From assembly GCA_964016885.1 (NCBI GenBank), contig OZ024744.1, positions 106,330,001 through 106,394,000 of the forward strand: 64,000 nucleotides of DNA. The letters are read 5' to 3'. The notes under the pieces were generated by a model. It was not told the DNA's origin. It did no database searches and saw nothing but the letters and a program-made list of their open reading frames with translations. This document shows positions 36,241-50,700 of this stretch, piece after piece (position 1 is the first letter of the stretch; each line of letters opens with the position of its first letter). The position numbers and the translations under genes are program-made. Origin of the DNA: Eledone cirrhosa. Lineage: Eukaryota.

Positions 36241-36869
36241 AGAGAAAAAAAAATTCAAGGTAGACAACTCCAAAATTCAAATTATCCTATACAGGGCACC
36301 TCGCATGACACCTGAGGACCTGCAACTGTCAACTGGGCCTTCACAATAGCCAATTATGCAACTGCCCCCAGACACACTGCATGGACCTCATTATCTCCAT
36401 CTTGCTTATGTGTATATGCAGGGTGGACAGTTTTTACCCAGAGAACAACATATCAAAAGAAGATTTTATCAATTCTGAGCAGTATCACATAAACCTCTAG
36501 TTAATCTCACAGCAACAGTGGAGATACCAGAATCATATAAAAGTATTAACCCGGTAGTGGTGACATCAGATAACAAAGGCAGTCGTTAGAGACAACTACA
36601 GTGTCTCTGTATATAAACCACTCTGAGACAATGTGACATCAGGTGCTATATTGTCACCATTAACTGGATGGTTTAAATATCATATATCACTATATATAAA
36701 ACACCACATAAAGAACTTTCTTAAAACAGTTCAACAACTTCATTTCAAATTCCAATTATTTTGATTGCATTAGAAACAGCTTGTATTTATGGCCATTAAA
36801 AACATATGGGAATATAAAATTAAGTCAAATTGTAAATATATATATATGTGTGTGCATGTATGTGTGTAT

Positions 36870-37280
36870 GTATGGGTTTCTCTTTCTCTTAATTTCGAGT
36901 CCATTTTTGACTGGCCACCTTCCTGGTGGCAAGGTTGTAAAAGAAAAGAAATTGTCATCCCTTGAATTGCAAGAATGTTTTGCAAATTTTTAAGGTGCCA
37001 GCTATCGCAGCCATTTGTTGTCTATGAATTAGGGAGCTGTGCTCTTTGTCCACAAATCCAAGTTCAGTTATACTTTGGTCCTGGGATGGTATATAACCTA
37101 CATGGTATATAATGATGGGTATGAAGCTGAATGTGTATCTTGGATACTGGATTTGCAAATTCCTCATCAATGGCCCGTAGATGTCCTCCCCTCTTGTATT
37201 TCTCTTACAATATTGACATCAAGTGGGCAGCTGATCTCTACAACAGAGCACATCTTCAATGTGTGGTCCCAAACAACAAA
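36870..37280 (-). pseudogene. 3' end of a third RLE-type non-LTR family (endonuclease C-terminus and 3' UTR)
   Basis: VVWDHTLKMCSVVEISCPLDVNIV...DIYGPLMRNLQIQYPRYTFSFIPIII..VGYIP...GTLKICKTFL* fits an RLE domain end; followed by (CATA)/(CA)/(TA) repeats. Confidence 0.7.
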
Positions 37281-37284
37281 ATCA

Positions 37285-38195
37285 GGTGACCGAATTAGCA
37301 GTGGAGGTGGGTGTTCCAAACGGGATAGAAGAAGTTTTGGGAGCTACTTCCACTGCTAGCTACAAAAGGCTTTTCCCTCAAAATGAAAGGCAGACTGTAT
37401 GATGCCTGCATTCGAACAGAAATGTTACACGGTAGTGAGACCTGGGTGCTGTGTGTGGAAGATTTGTGTAGATTAGAAAGAAACAAAGCTTGCATGCTCC
37501 GATGGATGTGTTATAGTAATATATGAGAACAGCAAAGCATAAATGAATTGACAGAGAAACTGGACATAAGAGGGATTAGATGGAGTGTGTAAAAGAGGAG
37601 ATTGTAGTAGTATGGACATGTGATGAGTTTGGAAGATGACAACTGTATAATATTAATAGGGCGACCAAAGTTGATGGAAGATAGAGTTTGGCAAGCCCCA
37701 GGAAGACCTGAGATGAGGGGATAAAAGCTGACCTCATAGAATTACACATCTCAAAGGTGATGACACAAGACTGAGATCGCCGGCGTTATGCAATAACACA
37801 GAAAACCTGCCTTCCCATGAGCACAGGTTGAAGCATACATCTAGTATAAACCACCTTCACCTCCATCTCGCCTTCCATACACCCGCCACATCGTAACACT
37901 CCACCCCTCACACATACCCATAAACCCACCTCCTTAATCCCCACACACCCTTCCTACCAAAACCCCTAGCCCACATTGTAAAGTGGTTGTTATAGCAACA
38001 CAACAAAAAACGCCCAGCCCACACTGTAAATGTGGTTGGCACTAGGAAGGGCATCCAGCTGTAGAAACCATGCCAGAAACAGTTCTATATGAGCAAGACA
38101 TGGTCATCTGACATAGCCTATCTCACAGCAGGACAACCTATCTAACCCATGCTAATGTGGAAAAACGAACGTGAAATGATGATGATGATGATGAT
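37285..38195 (+). mobile_element. Older RTE-family 3' portion with 3' UTR and (GAT)n
   Basis: Homologous to 27975-29185, many stops. Confidence 0.85.
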
Positions 38196-38844
38196 ATATC
38201 ATCATCATTTAACATCTGCTTTCCCTCCTCACAAGGGTTGGATAGGTCTATCTAGACCAAGTCAGTACTGAAGCAGGGCTACTGACCTCCCAGACAGGCC
38301 AAGGGGTCTGTATTCTCCTTATGTATGGTCATATCTCGTGCAGAGGAGATGTTATTGTCTTTTGACACAAACTGAAGGGTCCTCCCAACCCTTTGTTTGG
38401 CAAGCTTTCTATGGCTAAATGTCCTTCCTAACACAAACCACTTTACAGCATGTACTGTTGTTTTTATTGTGTAGCTCACCAGCACTAGGAAGGCAGTCAT
38501 ATATATATATTAATATTCTACTCAATTAAGGTAGGACATATAACCTTATTAGAACTCAATGTAGTGTTTATTTGATTATCTCATCAAATAAAAGTAAACT
38601 TTGTTATGGATACGTGGTATCCTATTGCATGTCATTAAGTATTAAAAAAACTACAGAGTCAGATAATGTTGAACAATGAAAACAAATAAGACAAGGCTTA
38701 TTACTTAATTAATCCATTGTTTCTAAGGGTAAAATAAACAAAAGTTTTATCAAAATATTGACTAACTGATGTCAGCCATTAATGTAATTGGTGTGGCATG
38801 TTTTGTAGTCTCATATTTACTTTAGGACCAGCTTGTTACAATAT

Positions 38845-38982
38845 TTCAGTCACCATCTTTCCCAGGTGTTTTATCAATGTTCAGTTGCCCCCACTGCAGT
38901 CTCAACCTCTTCCAATGTGTGAGGATCGGCAAGCTCATTAATGACAGGAACCTGCCCCATGGCCTCTCGTTCACATTAGGAT
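38845..38982 (-). pseudogene. Short RTE-like ORF2 fragment beside the gap
   Basis: Alternative frame VPVINELADPHTLEEVETAVGQLNIDKTPGKDG (pre-RT KAPG.DG motif). Confidence 0.6.
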
Positions 38983-39182
38983 NNNNNNNNNNNNNNNNNN
39001 NNNNNNNNNNNNNNNNNNNNNNNNNNNNNNNNNNNNNNNNNNNNNNNNNNNNNNNNNNNNNNNNNNNNNNNNNNNNNNNNNNNNNNNNNNNNNNNNNNNN
39101 NNNNNNNNNNNNNNNNNNNNNNNNNNNNNNNNNNNNNNNNNNNNNNNNNNNNNNNNNNNNNNNNNNNNNNNNNNNNNNNNNN
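38983..39182. other. Assembly gap (200 N)
   Basis: Direct. Confidence 1.
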
Positions 39183-39391
39183 ACCATCATTATTTAATGT
39201 CCATTTCCCTGATAGCAAGGGCTAGAAGTGACTTCACACACCATGTCAGTACTCAAATGGAGCTACTAACCTCATATATATCTTACACAGGTTTTCAATG
39301 TAATTAAATACTATCATATATATTTCTCTACATACAAATTGAGTTATATATGTTTTGCCTTTGCTCTGTGTGTGTGTGTGTAAAGAGAGAG

Positions 39392-39499
<108 letters not shown>

Positions 39500-40112
39500 G
39501 GACAGTCAGGCAGACAGAGATAAGTATATATTTTTCCCACATTGAAAACGTATGTTGGCCAGAAAAAAAGAGAATGGTTAAGGGAATATTAACCTTATTG
39601 ATTGCCATCCTTTGTTGAGGGGGTCCATGGTAGTTTAATTCTGAAGCACTGTAATTCTTCTCTCCTGACTTGACACATGAGTCACATGGAATGTATCTTC
39701 TGGGGCATTATAGATGATTTTATGAGCATAATGATTCAAAGCCTCTCAATTTATGAGCTGGGTTGGTTTGCTGTGCTACTAACAAGTTCAGACAACATCC
39801 ACATATCAAATATTCTGAAACAACAAAGTACATAAAAGATAGATTTAATTTGTCTTTTATAAACCCCACGACAATACATGTCAGAAATATACTTGCACAC
39901 ACACACACAGATTCACACACGCACGCACACACACACGCATGCACACACATATGTATATATATATATAAATTAAGAAATGACATATTTTTGCATTATCAAA
40001 TGGTTTTGTGGTTTTCAATATGTCTATCTCTTCCAAATTTGAAATGAAGTTGGTGAAGTGAATGTTTTCAAAAGAGCCTCTACATAGTTTTATATATAGC
40101 AACATGAGATAT

Positions 40113-41000
40113 TTAACCCTTTAGCATTTAAACCGGCCCTATCCAGTCAGAGTTCTCTCACCTCTTTCTGTTCAACAAGCTGTAAGTGGCCCGCTCATAC
40201 CTCTACTAAGGTAGTGTTCTCAAAATAAATAACATCAATCTCATAGATTCGATATCAGTGAGATAATTATGTAAGATAAAGCCTTTTCCCATGAAAATAT
40301 AATAGTAAATGGGCGCTGAAGGTGGAAGACTTACATAGATTAGAGAGAAACGAAGCCTGCATGCTCCGATGGATGTGTAATAGTAATATACGCGAATGGC
40401 AGGCAAAGCATAAATGAACTAAGAGAGAGACTGAGCATAAGAGGAATCGAATGCTGTGTGCAGGAGAGGCGGTTACGTTGGTATGGGACATGTGATGCGT
40501 ATGAAGGATGACAGCTGCATAAAAAGGTGCCAGAGCACTAGAAGTCAATGGAAACCGCGGAGTAGGGAGACCCCAAGATGACCTGGGATGACAGGTGATA
40601 AAAGCCGACCTTACCCAATTACACCTCTCAAAGGCGATGACACACGACCGTGACCTCTGGCGTCACGCAGTAATACAGAGTACCCGACCTCCCATGGGTA
40701 CAAGCTGAAGCATATAGACAATATGCCCCCCACACACCCCCCACTGCAAAGTGGTCGTGGAGGTGCCACGGCAAAAAGCACCCAGCCCACACTGTAAAGT
40801 GGACGTGTAGGCGCCATGGGAAAAAAGCACCCAGCACTCACTGTAAATGAGGTTGGTGTTAGGAAGGGCATCCAGCTGTAGAAATCAAGCCAGAATCAGT
40901 TCCTGTATGAACAAGGCATGGTCAGCCGACCGACAGACACTGCCCACAACAGGACAACCCGTCAAACCCATGCTAGCATGGAAGAACGGACGTAAAATGG

Positions 41001-41036
<36 letters not shown>

Positions 41037-41062
41037 GAGTAATGTAAATGGTAAAGGGTTAA
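40113..41062 (+). mobile_element. piggyBac-type MITE (same family as 8344-8770) split by an RTE 3' fragment (~40315-41035)
   Basis: TTAA-ccctttagcatttaaaccggcc ... gagtaatgtaaatggtaaaggg-TTAA; the insert encodes RTE C-terminal motifs and ends (gat)n. Confidence 0.8.
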
Positions 41063-41189
41063 ACTGTCAAGTCTATGCAGGTAACATGACACTTGATGCT
41101 CCCATATTGTCTGTTTTAACAGAGTTGATGAGAGCAGCTGTTTGTAATCATGCATGGAGAAGACAAAAAGATGTAGAAACACAAAAAGA

Positions 41190-41900
41190 AGTTAGTTCAA
41201 CCCTCCATCTAGACTAGATGTTTCACTAAACATATTTCCATTAGAAGTCACATCCCTACCAACCATAAAAAAGCCATAAACTCTTCAGCTCTCACAATGT
41301 TAAAGTTATCTACTTCTGTCTAGATAACATTATCCTGCCGAGGTTAACTTTGCCTTTCATCCTTACAGGGTCGATAAGATAAAGTACCAGTAATATACTG
41401 GGTAATTGCTGGCCTTGTGCCAAAAGTAGAAACAATTATTTCTAACATCAATGTGATGTACAACAATGAAAAAATTCACATCTACTTAGACAACACACAC
41501 ACAAACCTGGAATTGACAAACCCTTCCTAACTCACCTCTAGGTGGACCCTGCCTCTCACAGGCTATGTGCTACAGAGTCCCCCTCACACCAGGTGGTTTC
41601 CAGAGGAATTATATGGGCTAAACAGGCCAATGAATTCAAGGATAAATTTACCAAGCATGTATGCTACATCAGATGCAGGAAAAGAAAAAATTCTACCTCC
41701 TTGAACCATTTCTCTGTGACCAGGGGAACAACATCCCCTCCCTTTGTTGAATTATCTGAGATAGGGGACCCCCCCCCCCCGCCGCACTGAGGGTCGCTAC
41801 TGCCTGCTTTGCCTCAACAAGAGATTGTACAAATTGCAGCAACTTATAATATCCATTAACAGGAAAACTAACTTAACATTTTGCTGCCATGCAAGAAACT
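41190..41900 (+). pseudogene. Very degenerate Penelope-like GIY-YIG remnant with a partial SINE family 1 insert (41335-41440)
   Basis: NVKVIYFCLDNI, YMG, EFKDKFTKH, YCLLCLNKR, CCH. Confidence 0.55.
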
Positions 41901-42859
41901 CTGTAAACAAACTCCATACCAGTATCACCAGATATCCAACAAGAAATACCTGATTTATTGTTGTTGTTGTCCTCAGACATAATCATTCCTGTGGGGTTTA
42001 AAAGCATGTTGCCATCACTACTAAAGTTACTAGAAACTCCATTAACATTAGGGATGCTTTAAGGTAGGTCTAAACTCTAGTTCTTAGTGTCTGTGCTTCC
42101 ATTGGTTTTTCAATTGCTAATATAGTTCTGTAGGTTATGTGTGCCATGTTCTTCTTACAATATAGTTCTGTAGGTCACAATTTCTCACAGAAGGTGCCAT
42201 GTTCTTCTTACATGTTCTCTTTGCTGAAGATGGTTTATCTCCATAAATATGCCAAGCAAAAGTTGCATTGAATGAGGTTAAATTAAAATGTCTTTGTTGC
42301 CCTCCACCACAAAAACTTCCACCCAGGTAATTTGAATTCAATGTAAAGAACTGGGACAAATACCACCAATCTTGACCAATGTTGTAACAATTCTGCCAAT
42401 ATTCTGGCCTTTCACAAATATTCCTTTTTTTCTTTTTAATTAGTTTCTCGTTTTAATCTACAACTCTTGCTCTTATCTAATCTGAAACGTTCATTATTTC
42501 AGACTTGCCACTTCAACTATTAACCGATTTTTAAAAACATGTTTCAACTTGTCTCCATTAAATTTTTTCCATATCCTCCCTACTATGTCTCAGAATAAAA
42601 TCTAATTCCTTTCTCTTGGTGTACTGCTGTCAAAGAATGTGCCTCCTTTCATTCTATATAATGACATTATTTATAATTGAAGTTATATAACTCTGACAGT
42701 ACAAAACTACACTAAATGACTTCATATCTAATTTCATGTTTATTTTCTTATTGGAAATGACGCAAATGCTTAACTTACTTTTGTTGCTGTTGAGTCCCAG
42801 GTGATCAAATACATTCAAGTTAAACATACTGTCATGTTGTATTCACTTACAAAGCTATT

Positions 42860-44018
42860 GTGTATGTAGAAAGACAGGGTCTCAAAGTCAACCTGACAAA
42901 GACTAAGGTCCTCGTAAGTAGACGAGAAAACAGAACCCAGATCCCCTCAGGGAAATGGCCTTGCTCAGTATGTAGGAAAGGTGTAGGTAGGAATTCCATC
43001 CTCCACCCCAAATGCAAATTATGGGATCTCAGGAAGTTTAGCTAAGAATGTAGGCTTTACATGTAGCAGTTACACCGGGACAGTAAGCAGCAAACGGCCA
43101 CAGGAAACAAGCACTACCAAACCCTGGGAGGGCTCTGCAGAAACAGTAGACAGCTTCTGTTACCTAGGTGACCAAATTAGCAGCAGTAGTGGGTGTTCTG
43201 AAAGTACAGTAACCAGAGTAAGAACAGGATGGAAGAAGTTTAGGGAGCTACTACCACTGCTAGCTGCAAAAGGCTTTTCCTTCAAAATGAAAGGCAGACT
43301 GTATGATGCATACAAACAGCAACGTTGCATGGTAGTGAGACCGGGGCACTGTGTGTAGAAGACTTGCATAGATTAGAAAGATACGAAGCTTACATGCTCC
43401 GATGGATGTGTAATAGTAATATACGTGAACGGCAAAGCATAAATAAATTGAGAGAGAGACTGAGCATAAGAGGAATCAAATGTTGTGGGCAGGAGAGGAG
43501 GTTGTGTTGGTATGGACATGTGATGTGTATGAAGGATGACAGCTGCATAAAAAGGTGCAGAGCACTAAAAGTCAATGGAAGCCTTGGAGTGGGGAGACCC
43601 AAGAAGACCTGGAATGAGGTGATAAAAGCCGACCTTACCCAATTGCACCTCTCAAAGACAATGACACACGACCGTGACCTCTGGCGTCACACAGTAATAC
43701 AGAAGACCCGACTTCCCATGGGTACAAGCCCAAACTAAAGCATATAAACAATATTCCCCCCACCCCTCCCACTGCAAAGTGATCATGGAGGTCCCACGAC
43801 AAAATAGCACCCAGTCCACACTGTAGAGTGGCCATGTAGGCACCACAGAAAAAAAGCACCCAGCACTCACTGTAAATGTGGTTGGTGTTAAGAAGGGCAT
43901 CCAGCTGTAGAAATCAAGCCAAAATCAGTTCCCGTATGAGCAAGACATGGTCACCTGACCTGGCACTGCCCACAACAGGACAACCCATCTAACCCATGCT
44001 AGCATGGAAGAATGGATG
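42860..44018 (+). mobile_element. RTE-family 3' portion
   Basis: GLKVNLTKTKVLV, WPCSVCRKGVGRNSI, HGSET, RLCWYGHVM, GRPKKTW, then the 3' UTR. Confidence 0.88.
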
Positions 44019-44335
44019 TGATCCCAGTCCTGTATCATCATCTTTGAAAGGTGCAATTGGGCAAGGTCAGCTTTTATCACCTCATCCCGAATCTTCCTGG
44101 GTCTCCCCACTCCAAGGCTTCCATCAATTTTGTATGCTCTGCACCTTTTTATAGAGCTGCTATCCTTCACACACATCACATGTCCATACCAACGCAATCT
44201 CCTCTCCTTCACACTGTATCTGATTCCTCTTATGTTTAGTTTCTCTCTCAGTTTGTTTATGCTTTGCCATTCACATATATTACTATTACACATCCGTCAG
44301 AGCATGCTAACTTCATTTCTTTCCAATCTGCGCAA
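44019..44335 (-). mobile_element. RTE-family fragment, tail-to-tail with the preceding copy
   Basis: ORF 43925-44293: RRLRWYGHVMC..GRPRK. Confidence 0.85.
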
Positions 44336-44359
44336 ATATTGTGCATATATGGTTAACTA

Positions 44360-44730
44360 AAGCAAGTTTACTACCCCTAACTCGACACATATATTCATAG
44401 GAGCAATGTCATCAGGTGGTATAATCACTACCACTGCTTTAATAGACAGGTGGTATAATCACTACCACTCCTTTAATAGAATCGACAAATGGAAATGTAT
44501 GGCCCTTTCCAAACAAATCTGGAAGCTCAAGCTGGACAAGACCCCATACTCATTGGTCTGGTCCAAGGTTAGGGAGGTACCCCTAGACTGAGCTGGGTCT
44601 GGAATTTGCAGCTTGTCTGAGTGAGACCCTCAAGATACTCAGAAGTGGAATAAATATAATCGATCACAGGGCAGATTTCTTTGGTACATGTCGACACCTA
44701 AGGACAGGAACTTTCCTCAAGCTATATGGA
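44360..44730 (+). pseudogene. Penelope-like GIY-YIG C-terminal remnant
   Basis: RWYNHYHSFN, ALSKQIWKLK, YSLVWSKV, CSL, TCRH. Confidence 0.7.
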
Positions 44731-45208
44731 TAGCATCCCTAACACACTCAGTCCCAGAGACACCAACCCTGCCCACTGGACCTATCTCTTCTCTCTCTTC
44801 TCTTCGTGTCTTGATTAGCATCTAAAAGAACCCCTGACCCACACTAATTCAGTGGTTGGGCCCATGCCTTACTTTGTCTTGGATTTTCTCTCTTTCTCAC
44901 TTCCTTAGTTCTAATCCAAGTCTCTAACCACTTGCTATTTAGCGAGATAATATACATTGGCAGAACCCAATCCAGGGTAGCTACACACATCCTACATTTC
45001 TGCTCTCTAGCTTTCACCATCTACCCTTTGTCTATAATTTGGTTTTCCTAAGCTCAAACTATCTCCAACCTAATTCCTTTCACCAATAAAAGTCAATACA
45101 AACTGTGATAAGTAAATAGCACGTACATGTTATTTCTATTTTCATCCTTCTAAAGGGTACATATGTGTCTATAGGTGTGTGTATATATGTGTATATATAT
45201 ATATATAT

Positions 45209-45630
45209 GGCCATCCAAAATCACCGGGAGAGATGACCCCTTAGCCTTTGTCAAGGCAGAATTCTAGGAGAAGGAAAACTCTGATATAACACCTGCAACC
45301 CTGATGGTATCCAATGATGTTGACTTGTTCTTCTTTTTGGTAAATATCATCTTGGTTAAGAGAGTGGGACTGGCTTTGTGCAGTGCCTTTGCTCACTATA
45401 AAAGCTTCACGGCACAGGCATTGCTTTATATCTGGAGATCTCTGCACTTGTCGTCACAGGGTACCATGGGCCCAGCACTATGTGTCAATAATTGTCACAA
45501 GTGTAGTGTTTGTACCAGAGTTTTCAAGTCGCTGGCTGGAATAAAAAGTCACATTCGTTCAGCGCATCGGTAGGGGTTCTCCTACATGGATATAAAGTAG
45601 TGGCCGTACTCGAAAACGAGTTGGCAGCCA

Positions 45631-45632
<2 letters not shown>
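45209..45632 (+). mobile_element. LINE 3' end (RTE/BovB-like, C-terminal C2H2 finger) between (TA)n tracts
   Basis: CSVCTRVFKSLAGIKSHIRSAHR*, short 3' UTR with hairpin ctcgaaaacgag, then (AT)n. Confidence 0.65.
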
Positions 45633-45710
<78 letters not shown>

Positions 45711-46229
45711 ATGTAGATGCATGTGTGCATGTATATATATATATATATTTACAATGTGGATTATAATTTTAACACCTTTTATTATGAATCTTTATATTGA
45801 TAAGCGTACACATTTCTAAATGAACTCACCTCTGTTTATATATGTGAAACGTTCATTAACTCTAATACATTCACCTACAACCTGGGGAGTGGTTGTAGCA
45901 TATTAACACTACTACCACTAATACAACTACAGAGATCACGATATTCAGGGTAACTAGAGTTATTATTGTTGGTTGCTAAATCAACCTTAACCAACTGACC
46001 TAAGAAATTCAATAGACTTGTCATAGGAATGGTGAAACTAAATCTGACCAATTGGAAGGAGATGAATTCTACTGATGCTTAAATTTGTTCATTCTAAATG
46101 ATATGCTACCAGTGCTTTGAGAAAACAACACCATACTTCAGCACTGAGCATATTATTAAAAAAATTGAAATAACAGAAGTAAACTTTATTCCATCATTAT
46201 GTTTTTCTATTTTTTTAGTTCAAATTCTA

Positions 46230-46288
46230 GCTGTCTGTTGAGGTCATAGCTGTTGCATAATGGTTATCACCGAAATATATATAATAGC
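46230..46288 (+). ncRNA. Type I hammerhead motif (core A>T variant)
   Basis: gctgt-CTGtTGA-ggtcatagctgtt-gcat-aatggttatcacc-GAAA-tatata-TA-atagc. Confidence 0.7.
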
Positions 46289-46704
46289 GAATATGAAGAA
46301 ATAAAGTTAATTTTAACCTGCTGACTTACACTTCTTGTTTTATATATATCTATCTATATATATATAGATATATATATATATGTATATACAGAAAAAATGA
46401 ATGGAATAACAAGAACACCTAAACAAACAACACTGACCTAAGAGAAGTATAAATAAATAAATAAATAAATACATACACAAGCACAATAACAACAAACACA
46501 TATAAACACACGCTAGTAAACTAAGATAGAATACAATAACCAATACACAGTCACCCAAACACGAACACACATCAAACACTATACACACACGCAAACGCAT
46601 GCGCAGAGAAGACAAAAAAAAATTTTTTTTTAATAAATAAATAAATAAACAGACTAAATAAAGATGGCGTAGGCATACAATACAACAGGAGGAAACATAA
46701 TAAC

Positions 46705-46746
46705 ACCACTGACGATGTTGCAGATGTGCAACGAAAGAACTTTGTT
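46705..46746 (+). ncRNA. Minimal hammerhead motif with an extra U after the core
   Basis: acca-CTGACGA-t-gttgca-gatg-tgcaac-GAAA-gaac-TT-tgtt; one mismatch in stem I. Confidence 0.6.
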
Positions 46747-47006
46747 AGACTATATATATGTGTTTGTGTCTATATTGTATCTGTATTTTTGACTGTTGGT
46801 CAGTCAATGGCAACATTGAAGACCGAATATATTAAATTAACCGATATAAAAGACAGAAGCGAAAACCAACCAAACAGTGAGTATGTTCTGTTATTAATTC
46901 TGGCAATAATATTACACAAATATGACCCTCCCCAAGTATAACAATATTTGTTTCAACACACGATTTCATATCAAAACCTCGCAAATCTCTCTCTATATAT
47001 ATATAT

Positions 47007-47350
47007 ATCATCATTTTCATCATTCCATTTTACGTCCACTTTTCCCTGCTTGCAAGAGTGGGACGGGAACTGATTCTGGCTTGATTTCTACAGCTGGATG
47101 CCCTTCCTAACACCAACCTCATTTACAGTGAGTGCTGGGTGCTTTTTTGCCGTGGCACCTCCACAAGCTCTTTGCAGTGGAATGATAGGAACCCCAGTCC
47201 CTATCATCTCATTTCTACAGCTGAGTAAACTGGAGCAATGTGAAATAAAGTGTCTTGCTCAAGGAAACAACACATCACCCAGTCTGAGAATTGAACTCGC
47301 AACCTTTCGATTGCAAGGCCAATGCTCTAACCACTAAGCCATGTGCCTCC
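47007..47350 (-). mobile_element. SINE family 2, full length
   Basis: tRNA head ggaggcacatggcttagtggttagagc..gcgagttcaattc, CORE-like block, RTE tail. Confidence 0.88.
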
Positions 47351-47792
47351 ATATATATATATAGTAATAATAATAAATGTGCAGACTAAAATCCGAAGAG
47401 GGCTCGATGTACAATTAAATCTCTCAAAGGAAATGGCACAGCATTATGCTGTACTGCCGAAGACCTACCTTCCCATGTGCACAGGATGGAACAAACACGT
47501 AGAGGACACTAACCTACACTAAACCCCACCCTCACCAACTAAATATACCACTCACCTTATCCATGTCTAACATGCATATTCCTTCTCCTCCCCACCTTCG
47601 ACACTCCTGACACACCCCCTCCTGTCCTGTTCAACCCATGCATAAGAGCATGGAAAGCTGGACGTTCTACAAATTTGCTCCTCCACCCCATCTCTTGTAA
47701 TGCTGCGGCCTCAGCTAAAAAGCACTTAATCCACCCTGAATGGCAATCAGATACCACAACAACAAAAGCAACCATTCCATCCTGGTAGCATG

Positions 47793-50700
47793 ACAAACAG
47801 TGCTCTGTCCACTCTATAAGGTGGTCATGTTGGTGACAACAAAAAGTGCCCTGTCCACTCTATAAGGTGGTCATGTTGGTGACAACAAAAAGTGCTCTGT
47901 CCACTCTATAAGGTGGTCATGTTGGTGATACAACAAAAAGTGCCCTGTCCACTCTATAAGGTGGTCATGCTGGTGACACAACAAACAGTGCCCTGTCCAC
48001 TCTATAAGGTGGTCATGTTGGTGACACAACAAACAGTGCCCTGCCCACTCTATAAGGTGGTCATGTTGGTGACAACAAAAAGTGCCCTGTCCACTCTATA
48101 AGGTGGTCATGTTGGTGACAACAAACAGTGCTCTGTCCACTCTATAAGGTGGTCATGTTGGTGATACAACAAAAAGTGCCCTGTCCACTCTATAAGGTGG
48201 TCATGCTGGTGACACAACAAACAGTGCCCTGTCCACTCTATAAGGTGGTCATGCTGGTGACACAACAAAAAGTGCTCTGTCCACTCTATAAGGTGGTCAT
48301 GCTGGTGACACAACAAACAGTGCCCTGCCCACTCTATAAGGTGGTCATGCTGGTGACACAACAAAAAGTGCTCTGTCCACTCTATAAGGTGGTCATGCTG
48401 GTGACACAACAAACAGTGCCCTGCCCACTCTATAAGGTGGTCATGCTGGTGACACAACAAACAGTGCCCTGCCCACTCTATAAGGTGGTCATGCTGGTGA
48501 CACAACAAACAGTGCCCTGTCCACTCTATAAGGTGGTCATGCTGGTGACACAACAAAAAGTGCTCTGTCCACTCTATAAGGTGGTCATGTTGGTGACACA
48601 ACAAACAGTGCCCTGCCCACTCTATAAGGTGGTCATGTTGGTGACACACAAACAGTGCTCTGTCCACTCTATAAGGTGGTCATGTTGGTGACACACAAAC
48701 AGTGCTCTGTCCACTCTATAAGGTGGTCATGTTGGTGACACAACAAAAAGTGCTCTGTCCACTCTATAAGGTGGTCATGCTGGTGACACAACAAACAGTG
48801 CCCTGCCCACTCTATAAGGTGGTCATGTTGGTGACACACAAACAGTGCTCTGTCCACTCTATAAGGTGGTCATGCTGGTGACACACAAACAGTGCTCTGT
48901 CCACTCTATAAGGTGGTCATGTTGGTGACACACAAACAGTGCTCTGTCCACTCTATAGGGTGGTCATGCTGGTGACACACAAACAGTGCTCTGTCCACTC
49001 TATAAGATGGTCATGTTGGTGACACACAAACAGTGCTCTGTCCACTCTATAAGGTGGTCATGCTGGTGACACAACAAACAGTGCTCTGTCCACTCTATAA
49101 GGTGGTCATGCTGGTGACACAACAAACAGTGCTCTGTCCACTCTATAAGGTGGTCATGCTGGTGACACAACAAACAGTGCCCTGCCCACTCTATAAGGTG
49201 GTAATGTGGGTGACACAACAAACAGTGCTCTGTCCACTCTATAAGGTGGTCATGTTGGTGATACACAAACAGTGCTCTGTCCACTCTATAAGGTGGTCAT
49301 GCTGGTGACACACAAACAGTGCTCTGTCCACTCTATAAGGTGGTCATGTTGGTGACACAACAAACAGTGCTCTGTCCACTCTATAAGGTGGTCATGTTGG
49401 TGATACAACAAAAAGTGCCCTGTCCACTCTATAAGATGGTCATGTGGGTGACACACAAACAGTGCCCTGCCCACTCTATAAGGTGGTCATGTTGGTGACA
49501 CAACAAACAGTGCCCTGTCCACTCTATAAGGTGGTCATGTGGGTGACACAACAAACAGTGCTCTGCCCACTCTATAAGATGGTCATGTTGGTGACACACA
49601 AACAGTGCTCTGTCCACTCTATAAGGTGGTCATGTTGGTGACACAACAAACAGTGCCCTGTCCACTCTATAAGGTGGTCATGTGGGTGACACACAAACAG
49701 TGCTCTGTCCACTCTATAAGATGGTCATGTTGGTGATACAACAAAAAGTGCCCTGTCCACTCTATAAGGTGGTCATGTGGGTGACACACAAACAGTGCTC
49801 TGTCCATTCTATAAGGTGGTCATGTTGGTGACACAACAAACAGTGCTCTGTCCACTCTATAAGGTGGTCATGCTGGTGACAACAAACAGTGCCCTGCCCA
49901 CTCTATAAGGTGGTCATGTTGGTGACACACAAACAGTGCCCTGCCCACTCTATAAGGTGGTCATGTTGGTGACACACAAACAGTGCCCTGTCCACTCTAT
50001 AAGGTGGTCATGTTGGTGACACACAAACAGTGCTCTGTCCACTCTATAAGATGGTCATGTTGGTGACACAACAAAAAGTGCCCTGTCCACTCTATAAGAT
50101 GGTCATGTGGGTGACACACAAACAGTGCTCTGTCCACTCTATAAGGTGGTCATGTTGGTGACACACAAACAGTGCCCTGCCCACTCTATAAGGTGGTCAT
50201 GTTGGTGACACAACAAAAAGTGCCCTGTCCACTCTATAAGATGGTCATGTGGGTGACACACAAACAGTGCTCTGTCCACTCTATAAGGTGGTCATGTGGG
50301 TGACACACAAACAGTGCTCTGTCCACTCTATAAGGTGGTCATGTGGGTGACACACAAACAGTGCCCTGTCCACTCTATAAGGTGGTCATGCTGGTGACAC
50401 ACAAACAGTGCTCTGTCCACTCTATAAGATGGTCATGTTGGTGACACACAAACAGTGCCCTGTCCACTCTATAAGGTGGTCATGTTGGTGACACACAAAC
50501 AGTGCCCTGTCCACTCTATAAGGTGGTCATGCTGGTGACACACAAACAGTGCTCTGTCCACTCTATAAGATGGTCATGTTGGTGACACACAAACAGTGCT
50601 CTGCCCACTCTATAAGATGGTCATGTTGGTGACACAACAAACAGTGCCCTGCCCACTCTATAAGATGGTCATGTGGGTGACACAACAAAAAGTGCCCTGC

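Noticed and set aside
36240-36760. Possible host exon in non-repetitive sequence
   Set aside because: No sustained ORF, recognisable domain or convincing splice-site pair.
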